Assembly: GCF_964204645.1 (NCBI RefSeq) | Contig: NC_134027.1 | Coordinates: forward strand, 16,762,360-16,826,359 | Source: Tubulanus polymorphus | Taxonomy: Eukaryota; Animalia; Nemertea | Length of the DNA stretch: 64,000 nt | Reading direction: 5' to 3' | In this document: piece by piece, positions 34,456-47,400 of the stretch | Numbering within the stretch: position 1 is the stretch's first letter | How the letters are laid out: every line of letters starts with the position of its first letter | Program-made: the position numbers and the translations under genes | The notes under the pieces: generated by a model | Told to the model about the DNA's origin: nothing | What the model saw: the letters and a program-made list of their open reading frames with translations, nothing else | Database searches by the model: none

Positions 34456-35714
34456 CAATCATTCGTGATAAAGTAATGGAACATCTTATCTACAACAACA
34501 TCCTGTCCAATGAACAGCATGGTTTTATTCCAGGGCGGTCGACTAGCACTCAATTGCTCCAATCACTAAAAGAATGGATGTCTCACCGTGATGAGGGTGT
34601 TTCAACTGATGTCATATTCTTGGACTTCAAGAAAGCCTTCGACAAAGTAGCCCATGAGAGATTAATAGCAAAAGTACATGGCTGTGGTATCACCAGTAAT
34701 CTGCTTCTCTGGATACGAGATTTTCTATCTAACCGCAAACAGTCAGTCCTGGTTGACGGTGTTACCTCTGCATGGAAAAGTGTCTCCAGCGGTGTGCCAC
34801 AAGGAAGTATCCTGGGGCCGATATTATTTGTAATATTCATAAATGATCTTCCCCCGGTTGTAAACAGCAATATCAAGATGTACGCCGATGACGCAAAGAT
34901 TTACCGTAAAATTGAGTCAAACGAAGATGTTAAATTATTACAAAATGACTTATTACTTCTTGATAAATGGTCAAAAACGTGGCAGATGGAGTTTCATCCC
35001 GAAAAGTGTATAGTTCTCCATCTGGGAAATGAGCAATTTCCTTCTGAATTCTGGATGCCTGACAAAGGCGGTCAGAGATTCCAGCTCTTCGTAAAACAAG
35101 TTGAAAAAGATCTTGGGGTGCTGACTGATAATAAGCTAACTTTTGAGGACCATATACACACCTCAATTAAAAAGGCCAACACCATGCTTGGGATCATCAA
35201 AAGAACTTTCAAGAACTTAGATGCCAAGACTTTTTGCCTACTTTACAAAGGTCTTGTCCGCCCTATACTTGAATATGCTGCAACAATTTGGAATCCGTAC
35301 CTTAGAAAACATATCGATGCACTTGAAAGAGTCCAGCGACGCGCCACAAAGATGGTCCAAAAATATCGAGATCTAGAATACAAGGATAGACTAAAGAAGC
35401 TTAATTTACCTACCCTGTATTACCGGAGGACCAGGGGAGACATGATTATGGTTTTCAACATTATGCACGAAAACTATAATATTGATGGAAACACCATACT
35501 TGAGGCAGACAAGCGGACACGTCAGTTGAGAGGTCACAGTCAGAAACTTTTAAAACAAAGGTGTAAGAAGGAGCTTTACAGCAACTTTTTCTCAAACCGA
35601 GTTGTAAATAAATGGAACAGCCTGACCGAAAACATAGTCACTGCTCCATCAATAAACTGCTTTAAAAGTAGACTCGATAAATTCTGGGAAGACCAGAAAT
35701 ATCTTACCTCGTAA
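34456..35714 (+). pseudogene. LINE ORF2 3' part: reverse transcriptase
   Basis: QHGF, FLDFKKAFDKV, GVPQGSILGPILF, YADD, EKDLGV, LERVQRRATK, RGHSQKL, FFSNRVVNKWNSL (CR1-like). Confidence 0.93.
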
Positions 35715-36317
35715 AATAAATTTTTGTCAATTCAAATGATATGTCACAAATTATAATAATCAATTGTTTATTATTAAAATTTACCTGTATTTTAATTTTT
35801 GTTAATCTTAATCTAATCTTTAAAACTAACTTAACAACTAACTGAACTAACATCATATTGATTGTTCTTTGGTAAATCTGCGGAATGGAGCTCCTGGTGT
35901 TACAATGTCGGCGGGAATCATCCTGGTACCTCCATAGAGGTTGCCGATACGTTCACCTTGGGCCACACGCACTTCCTTTACCTTTTTCAGAATAACACTA
36001 ACAACACTCGTATTTATGGACCGAATAAAACCTTCTCCTTGTAGCAAATTCTACAAAATGGCTAGAAATCAAGCGTGTATGGCTTATCAAATGAACTACG
36101 CCAAAATCATGACTGATCAGATTTTTTTAATAAAATTCAACCAATCAACTCTATAAATAATTTAATCTTTTAGTAATGAATAAATATACCAATTATTTTT
36201 AATGAAAGATTACTAAGTGAGAGAGCTTTTTATGGAAACCCTGTCACCTAACCAATACTAATCAACAAACGAGCCGGACACCAATAGGCCGCCACCAGGC
36301 CTCCTTCCGTCCGTGAA

Positions 36318-36609
<292 letters not shown>

Positions 36610-36677
36610 TGTATATCTTTAAACGAATACTAATCTAAAATAACATTTTAAAAAATTTCCAACCCAAAAAAACAGAT

Positions 36678-36990
36678 GTAGGTTCGATTCCCCATCCTGG
36701 CTGGACGGTTTTGGCAATTCACAAGGTGGAGGGTTCGAACCCCTCAATGGCTGTAGTGCAGCCCCATCGGTGTCGACCTGCATGGCGAGTTGGTTAGAAT
36801 CCCACAGAGGTCCCCGACACTCCTCCGGTATTACACATGAGCGTGCAGTGGTGGGTTCGAATCCCACGACGGCTCTCGAAGTTCCTCCGGAATCTCAAAT
36901 CGTCGTGCACTTCGCGGGTTCGAATCCCGCAATGGTTCCCGAAACTCCACCGGAATTTCAAATGGTTTCGTTTGAGGTGGACTCCCACAA
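36678..36990. repeat. ~60-bp degenerate repeats, each carrying a tRNA T-arm/B-box-like hairpin
   Basis: GTAGGTTCGATTCCCAT, GAGGGTTCGAACCCCTC, GTTGGTTAGAATCCCAC, GTGGGTTCGAATCCCAC, GCGGGTTCGAATCCCGC. Confidence 0.8.
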
Positions 36991-37169
36991 TAGCTTTTCG
37001 AATGTCGGGCTGGTTGTAGCGCGGCGCTTCTTAGAAAATGCGTTCTTCGCACCACAATGTGAGCATATAAAAATGTGTACCATTTGAACAACAATTAATT
37101 ACTAATGCAAAAGTTTCCGGCACAACTGAACTAAACAGTATGGGTTTCGGCACCAGTGATACGCCAATA

Positions 37170-37187
37170 TCCCGGGTTTCGGCACCA
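37170..37187 (-). promoter_or_regulatory. Primer binding site, tRNA-Phe
   Basis: TGGTGCCGAAACCCGGGA is the 18-nt complement of the animal tRNA-Phe(GAA) 3' end; 1 nt from the LTR. Confidence 0.9.
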
Positions 37188-37188
37188 G

Positions 37189-38438
37189 TGATACGCCGGT
37201 CACAATCCTCTCCTTAGTCGTTAATTAATAAAAGCAATAATCGGTCCCTGGCGAGAGAACGTGTCCGCACACAAACCCAAGTAAAACTAGAATACCGGAA
37301 ATTTTGAATGGATATAACAATACAAGATGAATTTATTTACCTTGATATTCAACACAGTTCTCCAGTTCTACACAATCCAAATCCTAGCTCTAAATTCCTA
37401 TTGCACTCTCCTGTTGGTAACCCGTCCTGAATCAAGTCCCAGACCAGCTTTTAACAAGTATCTACGAGTGTCTCCCGAGTGACTGCTCTCTCAAGACGCG
37501 GATCCCTTTTATAGAAAGAATCGGCATTCTTAAAATACCGACTCTCCCACTCGACTTTTGGCAAGGAGCAGCAACCTTACTGTCATGACTGTTTTGGTCA
37601 TATAGCATTTGGCCTTAATGATTCGCTGATCTAAAATTATTTGAGAAAGTGATTTGCTAAACTAACTTTTTCCTTCCAACCCTCCTGTCATGACGCGGAA
37701 TGATTTACTCACTCCTTGCTTATCATCGTTGAGAAAACAGCTACTCTCAGCGAGTTACCAACAGACGTATACAACAAGAGAAACTTTAGAGAGCTAGTAT
37801 TATCATTTAACACAAATTAATTTTCTTAAAACTTTAGCGATTATAGAGACTTTGTTCTCATTTAACATCTAGGATATTCAAATTAAATATATTTTTGAAA
37901 CTATAGTATTTGTCTCAGATTACGGTACCACTGATTATTTCTTTTTGAATTATTATAAATACTTTTGATTCGGAACTTCATTATGATCCCCTATCTCCCT
38001 AAAGATCATTCTATAACTGTTATACTAAATAAATTTGATTACAATGCGGGATAAAGCAAAACAACAATATCTCCCCATACTTCCGTTTTTCTTTTTATAG
38101 AAAGTAGTCGGGAGTATCATAAAGTAACAGCGTGATTCTTTCACCAGCCGCATAATAAATGCAACCCATTGTTCCGACCAAATACGGTTCCGTCTATTCT
38201 TAAGTTTATAAAAAGATTTCTGAATGTTTGCCAGATAACGCAGCAGAAGAACCGAGAAAGAATTATTTTTACACCAGGCTGATTTATGGTCAGCGCTGAT
38301 AGATCAAAGCATCAAACAACAACCTGCTTACTACATCTTACTACGTTTGTTGTCTGAAACCATTAATAACCACCAACGCATTCAGGAAATCAACATTACA
38401 AACATTTTTTAGCTACTACGAAATCTTGCTACGGATCA
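37189..38438 (-). repeat. 5' LTR of the outer element
   Basis: 1250 bp, ~99% identical to 22191-23440. Confidence 0.95.
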
Positions 38439-41400
38439 GACGTTTTCGCGCCGAAAAGTGCTTTTCCTGACGATTTGAGCATTTTTACGCATCGACATTG
38501 TCGTTTTTCCGATAGGGGAATATTTGATACGAAAACGTCTTTTCTCGCGCTGAACGACGTTTTCGCGACGAAAAGTGCTTTTCCTGACGATTTGAGCGCT
38601 TTTACGCATCGACATTGTCGTTTTTCCGATACGGGGAGAATGTGATGAGAAAACGTCTTTTCTCGGGCTCAACGACGTTTTCGGGTCGAAAAGTGCTTTT
38701 CCTGACGATTTGAGCGCTTTTACGCATCGACATTGTCGTTTTTCCGATAGGGGGAATATTCGATACGAAAACGTCTTTTCTCGCGCTGAACGACGTTTTC
38801 GGGCCGAAAAGAGCTTTTCCTGACGATTTGAGCGCTTTTACGCATCGACATTGTCGTTTTTCCGATAGGGGGAATATTTGATACGAAAACGTCTTTTCTC
38901 GCGCTGAACGACGTTTTCGGGTCGAAAAGTGCTTTTCCTGACGATTTGAGCGCTTTTACGCATCGACATTGTCGTTTTTCCGATAGGGGTTATATTTCAT
39001 ACGAAAACGTCTTTTCTCGCGCTGAACGACGTTTTCGCGTCGAAAAGTGTTTTTCCTGACGATTTGAGCGCTTTTACACATCGACATTGTCGTTTTTCCG
39101 ATAGGGGGAATATTCGATACGAAAACGTCTTTTCTCGCGCTGAACGACGTTTTCGCGTCGAAAAGTGCTTTTCCTGACGATTTGAGCGCTTTTACGCATC
39201 GACATTGTCGTTTTTCAGATAGGGGGAATATTTCATACGAAAACGTCTTTTCTCGCGCTGAACGACGTTTTCGCGTCGAAAAGTGCTTTTCCTGACGATT
39301 TGAGAGTTTTTACGCATCGACATTGTCGTTTTTCAGATAGGGGGAATATTTCATACGAAAACGTCTTTTCTCGCGCTGAACGACGTTTTCGCGTCGAAAA
39401 GTGTTTTTCCTGACGATTTGAGCGCTTTTACGCATCGACATTGTCGTTTTTCCGATAGGGGGAATATTTGATACGAAAACGTCTTTTCTCGCGCTGAACG
39501 ACGTTTTCGGGTCGAAAAGTGCTTTTCCTGACGATTTGAGCCCTTTTACGCATCGACATTGTCGTTTTTCCGATAGGAGTTATATTTCATACGAAAACGT
39601 CTTTTCTCGCGCTGAACGACGTTTTCGCGTCGAAAAGTGTTTTTCCTGACGATTTGAGCGCTTTTACACATCGACATTGTCGTTTTTCCGATAGGGGGAA
39701 TATTCGATACGAAAACGTCTTTTCTCGCGCTGAACGACGTTTTCGCGTCGAAAAGTGCTTTTCCTGACGATTTGAGCGCTTTTACGCATCGACATTGTTG
39801 TTTTTCCGATTGGGGGAATATTTCATACGAAAACGTCTTTTCTCGCGCTGAACGACGTTTTCGCGTCGAAAAGTGCTTTTCCTGACGATTTGAGAGTTTT
39901 TACGCATCGACATTGTCGTTTTTCAGATAGGGGGAATATTTCATACGAAAACGTCTTTTCTCGCGCTGAACGACGTTTTCGCATCGAAAAGTGTTTTTCC
40001 TGACGATTTGAGCGCTTTTACGCATCGACATTGTTGTTTTTCCGATTGGGGGAATATTTGATACGAAAACGTCTTTTCTCGCGCTGAACGACGTTTTCGC
40101 GTCGAAAAGTGCTTTTCCTGACGATTTGAGAGTTTTTACGCATCGACATTGTCGTTTTTCAGATAGGGGGAATATTTCATACGAAAACGTCTTTTCTCGC
40201 GCTGAACGACGTTTTCGCGTCGAAAAGTGTTTTTCCTGACGATTTGAGCGCTTTTACGCATCGACATTGTCGTTTTTCCGATAGGGGGGATATTCGATAC
40301 GAAAACGTCTTTTCTCGCGCTGAACGACGTTTTCGCGCCGAAAAGTGCTTTTCCTGACGATTTGAGAGTTTTTACGCATCGACATTGTCGTTTTTCAGAT
40401 AGGGGGAATATTTCATACGAAAACGTCATTTCTCGCGCTGAACGACGTTTTCGGGTCGAAAAGTGCTTTTCCTGACGATTTGAGCGCTTTTACGCATCGA
40501 CATTGTCGTTTTTCCGATAGAGGGAATATTCGATACGAAAACGTCTTTTCTCGCGCTGAACGACGTTTTCGGGTCGAAAAGTGCTTTTCCTGACGATTTG
40601 AGCGCTTTTACGCATCGACATTGTCGTTTTTCCGATAGGGGGAAAATGTGATGAGAAAACGTCTTTTCTCGCGCTGAACGACGTTTTCGGGTCGAAAAGT
40701 GCTTTTCCTGACGATTTGAGCGCTTTTACGCATCGACATTGTCGTTTTTCCGATAGGGGGAATATTTGATACGAAAACGTCTTTTCTCGCGCTGAACGAC
40801 GTTTTCGGGTCGAAAAGTGCTTTTCCTGACGATTTGAGCGCTTTTACGCATCGACATTGTCGTTTTTCCGATAGGGGGAAAATGTGATGAGAAAACGTCT
40901 TTTCTCGCGCTGAACGACGTTTTCGGGTCGAAAAGTGCTTTTCCTGACGATTTGAGCGCTTTTAAGCATCGACATTGTCGTTTTTCCGATAGGGGGAATA
41001 TTTGATACGAAAACGTCTTTTCTCGCGCTGAACGACGTTTTCGGGTCGAAAAGTGCTTTTCCTGACGATTTGAGCGCTTTTACGCATCGACATTGTCGTT
41101 TTTCCGATAGGGGGAATATTTGATACGAAAACTTCTTTTCTCGCGCTGAACGACGTTTTCGGGTCGAAAAGTGCTTTTCCTGACGATTTGAGCGCTTTTA
41201 CGCATCGACATTGTCGTTTTTCCGATAGGGGGAATATTTGATACGAAAACGTCTTTTCTCGCGCTGAACGACGTTTTCGGGTCGAAAAGTGCTTTTCCTG
41301 ACGATTTGAGCGCTTTTACGCATCGACATTGTCGTTTATCCGATACGGGGAGAATGTGATGAGAAAACGTCTTTTCTCGCGCTGAACGACGTTTTCGCGA

Positions 41401-44400
41401 CGAAAAGTGCTTTTCCTGACGATTTGAGCGCTTTTACGCATCGACATTGTCGTTTTTCCGATAGGGGGAATATTTGATACGAAAACGTCTTTTCTCGCGC
41501 TGAACGACGTTTTCGGGTCGAAAAGTGCTTTTCCTGACGATTTGAGCGCTTTTACGCATCGACATTGTCGTTTTTCCGATAGGGGGAAAATGTGATGAGA
41601 AAACGTCTTTTCTCGCGCTGAACGACGTTTTCGGGTCGAAATGTGCTTTTCCTGACGATTTGACCGCTTTTACGCATCGACATTGTCGTTTTTCCGATAC
41701 GGGGAAAATGTGATGAGAAAACGTCTTTTCTCGCGCTGAACGACGTTTTCGGATCGAAAAGTGCTTTTCCCGACAATTTGAGCGCTTTTACGCATCGACA
41801 TTGTCGTTTTTCCGATAGGGGGAATATTTGATACGAAAACGTCTTTTCTCGCGCTGAACGAAGTTTTCGGGTCGAAAAGTGCTTTTCCTGACGATTTGAG
41901 CGCTTTTACGCATCGACATTGTCGTTTTTCCGATACGGGGAATATTTGATACGAAAACGTCTTTTCTCGCGCTGAACGACGTTTTCGGGTCGAAATGTGC
42001 TTTTCCTGACGATTTGAGCGCTTTTACGCATCGACATTGTCGTTTTTCCGATAGGGGGAATATTTGATACGAAAACGTCTTTTCTCGCGCTGAACGACGT
42101 TTTCGGGTCGTAAAGTGCTTTTCCTGACGATTTGAGCGCTTTTACGCATCGACATTGTCGTTTTTCCGATAGGGGGAATATTTGATACGAAAACGTCTTT
42201 TCTCGCGCTGAACGACGTTTTCGCGTCGAAAAGTGCTTTTCCTGACGATTTGAGCGCTTTTACGCATCGACATTGTTGTTTTTCCGATTGGGGGAATATT
42301 TCATACGAAAACGTCTTTTCTCGCGCTGAACGACGTTTTCGCGTCGAAAAGTGCTTTTCCTGACGATTTGAGAGTTTTTACGCATCGACATTGTCGTTTT
42401 TCAGATAGGGGGAATATTTCATACGAAAACGTCTTTTCTCGCGCTGAACGACGTTTTCGCGTCGAAAAGTGTTTTTCCTGACGATTTGAGCGCTTTTACG
42501 CATCGACATTGTCGTTTTTCCGATAGGGGGAATATTTGTTACGAAAACGTCTTTTCTCGCGCTGAACGACGTTTTCGGGTCGAAAAGTGCTTTTCCTGAC
42601 GATTTGAGCGCTTTTACGCATCGACATTGTCGTTTTTCCGATAGGAGTTATATTTCATACGAAAACGTCTTTTCTCGCGCTGAACGACGTTTTCGCGTCG
42701 AAAAGTGTTTTTCCTGACGATTTGAGCGCTTTTACACATCGACATTGTCGTTTTTCCGATAGGGGGAATATTCGATACGAAAACGTCTTTTCTCGCGCTG
42801 AACGACGTTTTCGCGTCGAAAAGTGCTTTTCCTGACGATTTGAGCGCTTTTACGCATCGACATTGTTGTTTTTCCGATTGGGGGAATATTTGATACGAAA
42901 ACGTCTTTTCTCGCGCTGAACGACGTTTTCGCGTCGAAAAGTGCTTTTCCTGACGATTTGAGAGTTTTTACGCATCGACATTGTCGTTTTTCAGATAGGG
43001 GGAATATTTCATACGAAAACGTCTTTTCTCGCGCTGAACGACGTTTTCGCGTCGAAAAGTGTTTTTCCTGACGATTTGAGCGCTTTTACGCATCGACATT
43101 GTCGTTTTTCCGATAGGGGGGATATTCGATACGAAAACGTCTCTTCTCGCGCTGAACGACGTTTTCGCGCCGAAAAGTGCTTTTCCTGACGATTTGAGAG
43201 TTTTTACGCATCGACATTGTCGTTTTTCCGATACGGGGAAAATGTGATGAGAAAACGTCTTTTCTCGCGCTGAACGACGTTTTCGGGTCGAAAAGTGCTT
43301 TTCCTGACGATTTGAGCGCTTTTAAGCATCGACATTGTCGTTTTTCCGATAGGGGGAATATTTGATAACGAAAACGTCTTTTCTCGCGCTGAACGACGTT
43401 TTCGGGTCGAAAAGTGCTTTTCCTGACGATTTGAGCGCTTTTACGCATCGACATTGTCGTTTTTCCGATAGGGGGAAAATGTGATGAGAAAACGTCTTTT
43501 CTCGCGCTGAACGACGTTTTCGGGTCGAAATGTGCTTTTCCTGACGATTTGAGCGCTTTTACGCATCGACATTGTCGTTTTTCCGATAGGGGGAATATTT
43601 GATACGAAAACGTCTTTTCTCGCGCTGAACGACGATTTCGGGTCGAAAAGTGCTTTTCCTGACGATTTGAGCGCTTTTACGCATCGACATTGTCGTTTTT
43701 CCGATACGGGGAATATTTGATACGAAAACGTCTTTTCTCGCGCTGAACGACGTTTTCGGGTCGAAAAGTGCTTTTCCTGACGATTTGAGCGCTTTTTACG
43801 CATCGACATTGTCGTTTTTCCGATACGGGAAAATGTGATGAGAAAACGTCTTTTCTCGCGCTGAACGACGTTTTCGGGTCGAAATGTGCTTTTCCTGACG
43901 ATTTGAGCGCTTTTACGCATCGACATTGTCGTTTTTCCGATACGGGGAAAATGTGATGAGAAAACGTCTTTTCTCGCGCTGAACGACGTTTTCGGGTCGA
44001 AAAGTGCTTTTCCTGACGATTTGAGCGCTTTTACGCATCGACATTGTCGTTTTTCCGATAGGGGGAATATTTGATACGAAAACGTCTTTTCTCGCGCTGA
44101 ACGACGTTTTCGGGTCGAAAAGAGCTTTTCCTGACGATTTGAGCGCTTTTACGCATCGACATCGTCGTTTTTCCGATAGGGGGAATATTTGATACGAAAA
44201 CGTCTTTTCTCGCGCTGAACGACGTTTTCGGGTCGAAAAGTGCTTTTCCTGACGATTTGAGCGCTTTTACGCATCGACATTGTCGTTTTTCCGATAGGAG
44301 TTATATTTCATACGAAAACGTCTTTTCTCGCGCTGAACGACGTTTTCGCGTCGAAAAGTGTTTTTCCTGACGATTTGAGCGCTTTTACACATCGACATTG

Positions 44401-47400
44401 TCGTTTTTCCGATAGGGGGAATATTCGATACGAAAACGTCTTTTCTCGCGCTGAACGACGTTTTCGCGTCGAAAAGTGCTTTTCCTGACGATTTGAGCGC
44501 TTTTACGCATCGACATTGTTGTTTTTCCGATTGGGGGAATATTTGATACGAAAACGTCTTTTCTCGCGCTGAACGACGTTTTCGCGTCGAAAAGTGCTTT
44601 TCCTGACGATTTGAGAGTTTTTACGCATCGACATTGTCGTTTTTCCGATAGGGGGGATATTCGATACGAAAACGTCTTTTCTCGCGCTGAACGACGTTTT
44701 CGCGCCGAAAAGTGCTTTTCCTGACGATTTGAGAGTTTTTACGCATCGACATTGTCGTTTTTCAGATAGGGGGAATATTTCATACGAAAACGTCATTTCT
44801 CGCGCTGAACGACGTTTTCGGGTCGAAAAGTGCTTTTCCTGACGATTTGAGCGCTTTTACGCATCGACATTGTCGTTTTTCCGATAGAGGGAATATTCGA
44901 TACGAAAACGTCTTTTCTCGCGCTGAACGACGTTTTCGGGTCGAAAAGTGCTTTTCCTGACGATTTGAGCGCTTTTACGCATCGACATTGTCGTTTTTCC
45001 GATAGGGGGAAAATGTGATGAGAAAACGTCTTTTCTCGCGCTGAACGACGTTTTCGGGTCGAAATGTGCTTTTCCTGGCGATTTGAGCGCTTTTACGCAT
45101 CGACATTGTCGTTTTTCCGATACGGGGAAAATGTGATGAGAAAACGTCTTTTCTCGCGCTGAACGACGTTTTCGGGTCGAAAAGTGCTTTTCCTGACGAT
45201 TTGAGCGCTTTTACGCATCGACATTGTCGTTTTTCCGATAGGGGGAATATTTGATACGAAAACGTCTTTCCTCGCGCTGAACGACGTTTTCGGGTCGAAA
45301 AGTGCTTTTCCTGACGATTTGAGCGCTTTTACGCATCGACATTGTCGTTTTTCCGATACGGGGAATATTTGATACGAAAACGTCTTTTCTCGCGCTGAAC
45401 GACGTTTTCGGGTCGAAAAGTGCTTTTCCTGACGATTTGAGCGCTTTTACGCATCGACATTGTCGTTTTTCCGATACGGGGAAAATGTGATGAGAAAACG
45501 TCTTTTCTCGCGCTGAACGACGTTTTCGGGTCGAAATGTGCTTTTCCTGACGATTTGAGCGCTTTTACGCATCGACATTGTCGTTTTTCCGATATGGGGA
45601 AAATGTGATGAGAAAACGTCTTTTCTCGCGCTGAACGACGTTTTCGGGTCGAAAAGTGCTTTTCCTGACGATTTGAGCGCTTTTACGCATCGACATTGTC
45701 GTTTTTCCGATAGGGGGAATATTTGATACGAAAACGTCTTTTCTCGCGCTGAACGACGTTTTCGGGTCGAAAAGTGCTTTTCCTGACGATTTGAGCGCTT
45801 TTACGCATCGACATTGTCGTTTTTCCGATAGGGGGAAAATGTGATGAGAAAACGTCTTTTCTCGCGCTGAACGACGTTTTCGGGTCGAAAAGTGCTTTTC
45901 CATACGATTTGAGCGCTTTTAAGCATCGACATTGTCGTTTTTCCGATAGGGGGAATATTTGATACGAAAACGTCTTTTCTCGCGCTGAACGACGTTTTCG
46001 GGTCGAAAAGTGCTTTTCCTGACGATTTGAGCGCTTTTACGCATCGACATTGTCGTTTTTCCGATAGGGGGAATATTTGATACGAAAACTTCTTTTCTCG
46101 CGCTGAACGACGTTTTCGGGTCGAAAAGTGCTTTTCCTGACGATTTGAGCGCTTTTACGCATCGACATTGTCGTTTTTCCGATAGGGGGAATATTTGATA
46201 CGAAAACGTCTTTTCTCGCGCTGAACGACGTTTTCGGGTCGAAAAGTGCTTTTCCTGACGATTTGAGCGCTTTTACGCATCGACATTGTCGTTTATCCGA
46301 TACGGGGAGAATGTGATGAGAAAACGTCTTTTCTCGCGCTGAACGACGTTTTCGCGACGAAAAGTGCTTTTCCTGACGATTTGAGCGCTTTTACGCATCG
46401 ACATTGTCGTTTTTCCGATAGGGGGAATATTTGATACGAAAACGTCTTTTCTCGCGCTGAACGACGTTTTCGGGTCGAAAAGTGCTTTTCCTGACGATTT
46501 GAGCGCTTTTACGCATCGACATTGTCGTTTTTCCGATAGGAGTTATATTTCATACGAAAACGTCTTTTCTCGCGCTGAACGACGTTTTCGCGTCGAAAAG
46601 TGTTTTTCCTGACGATTTGAGCGCTTTTACACATCGACATTGTCGTTTTTCCGATAGGGGGAATATTCGATACGAAAACGTCTTTTCTCGCGCTGAACGA
46701 CGTTTTCGCGTCGAAAAGTGCTTTTCCTGACGATTTGAGCGCTTTTACGCATCGACATTGTTGTTTTTCCGATTGGGGGAATATTTGATACGAAAACGTC
46801 TTTTCTCGCGCTGAACGACGTTTTCGCGTCGAAAAGTGCTTTTCCTGACGATTTGAGAGTTTTTACGCATCGACATTGTCGTTTTTCCGATAGGGGGGAT
46901 ATTCGATACGAAAACGTCTTTTCTCGCGCTGAACGACGTTTTCGCGCCGAAAAGTGCTTTTCCTGACGATTTGAGAGTTTTTACGCATCGACATTGTCGT
47001 TTTTCAGATAGGGGGAATATTTCATACGAAAACGTCATTTCTCGCGCTGAACGACGTTTTCGGGTCGAAAAGTGCTTTTCCTGACGATTTGAGCGCTTTT
47101 ACGCATCGACATTGTCGTTTTTCCGATAGAGGGAATATTCGATACGAAAACGTCTTTTCTCGCGCTGAACGACGTTTTCGGGTCGAAAAGTGCTTTTCCT
47201 GACGATTTGAGCGCTTTTACGCATCGACATTGTCGTTTTTCCGATAGGGGGAAAATGTGATGAGAAAACGTCTTTTCTCGCGCTGAACGACGTTTTCGGG
47301 TCGAAATGTGCTTTTCCTGGCGATTTGAGCGCTTTTACGCATCGACATTGTCGTTTTTCCGATACGGGGAAAATGTGATGAGAAAACGTCTTTTCTCGCG

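Noticed and set aside
36670-36990. tRNA gene cluster
   Set aside because: Only T-arm motifs are present; no acceptor stem, D-arm or anticodon arm could be folded. Reported as T-arm mimics instead.
38439-38560. CENP-B box in the satellite
   Set aside because: TTCG is present, but the TTCGNNNNANNCGGG spacing is not met on either strand.
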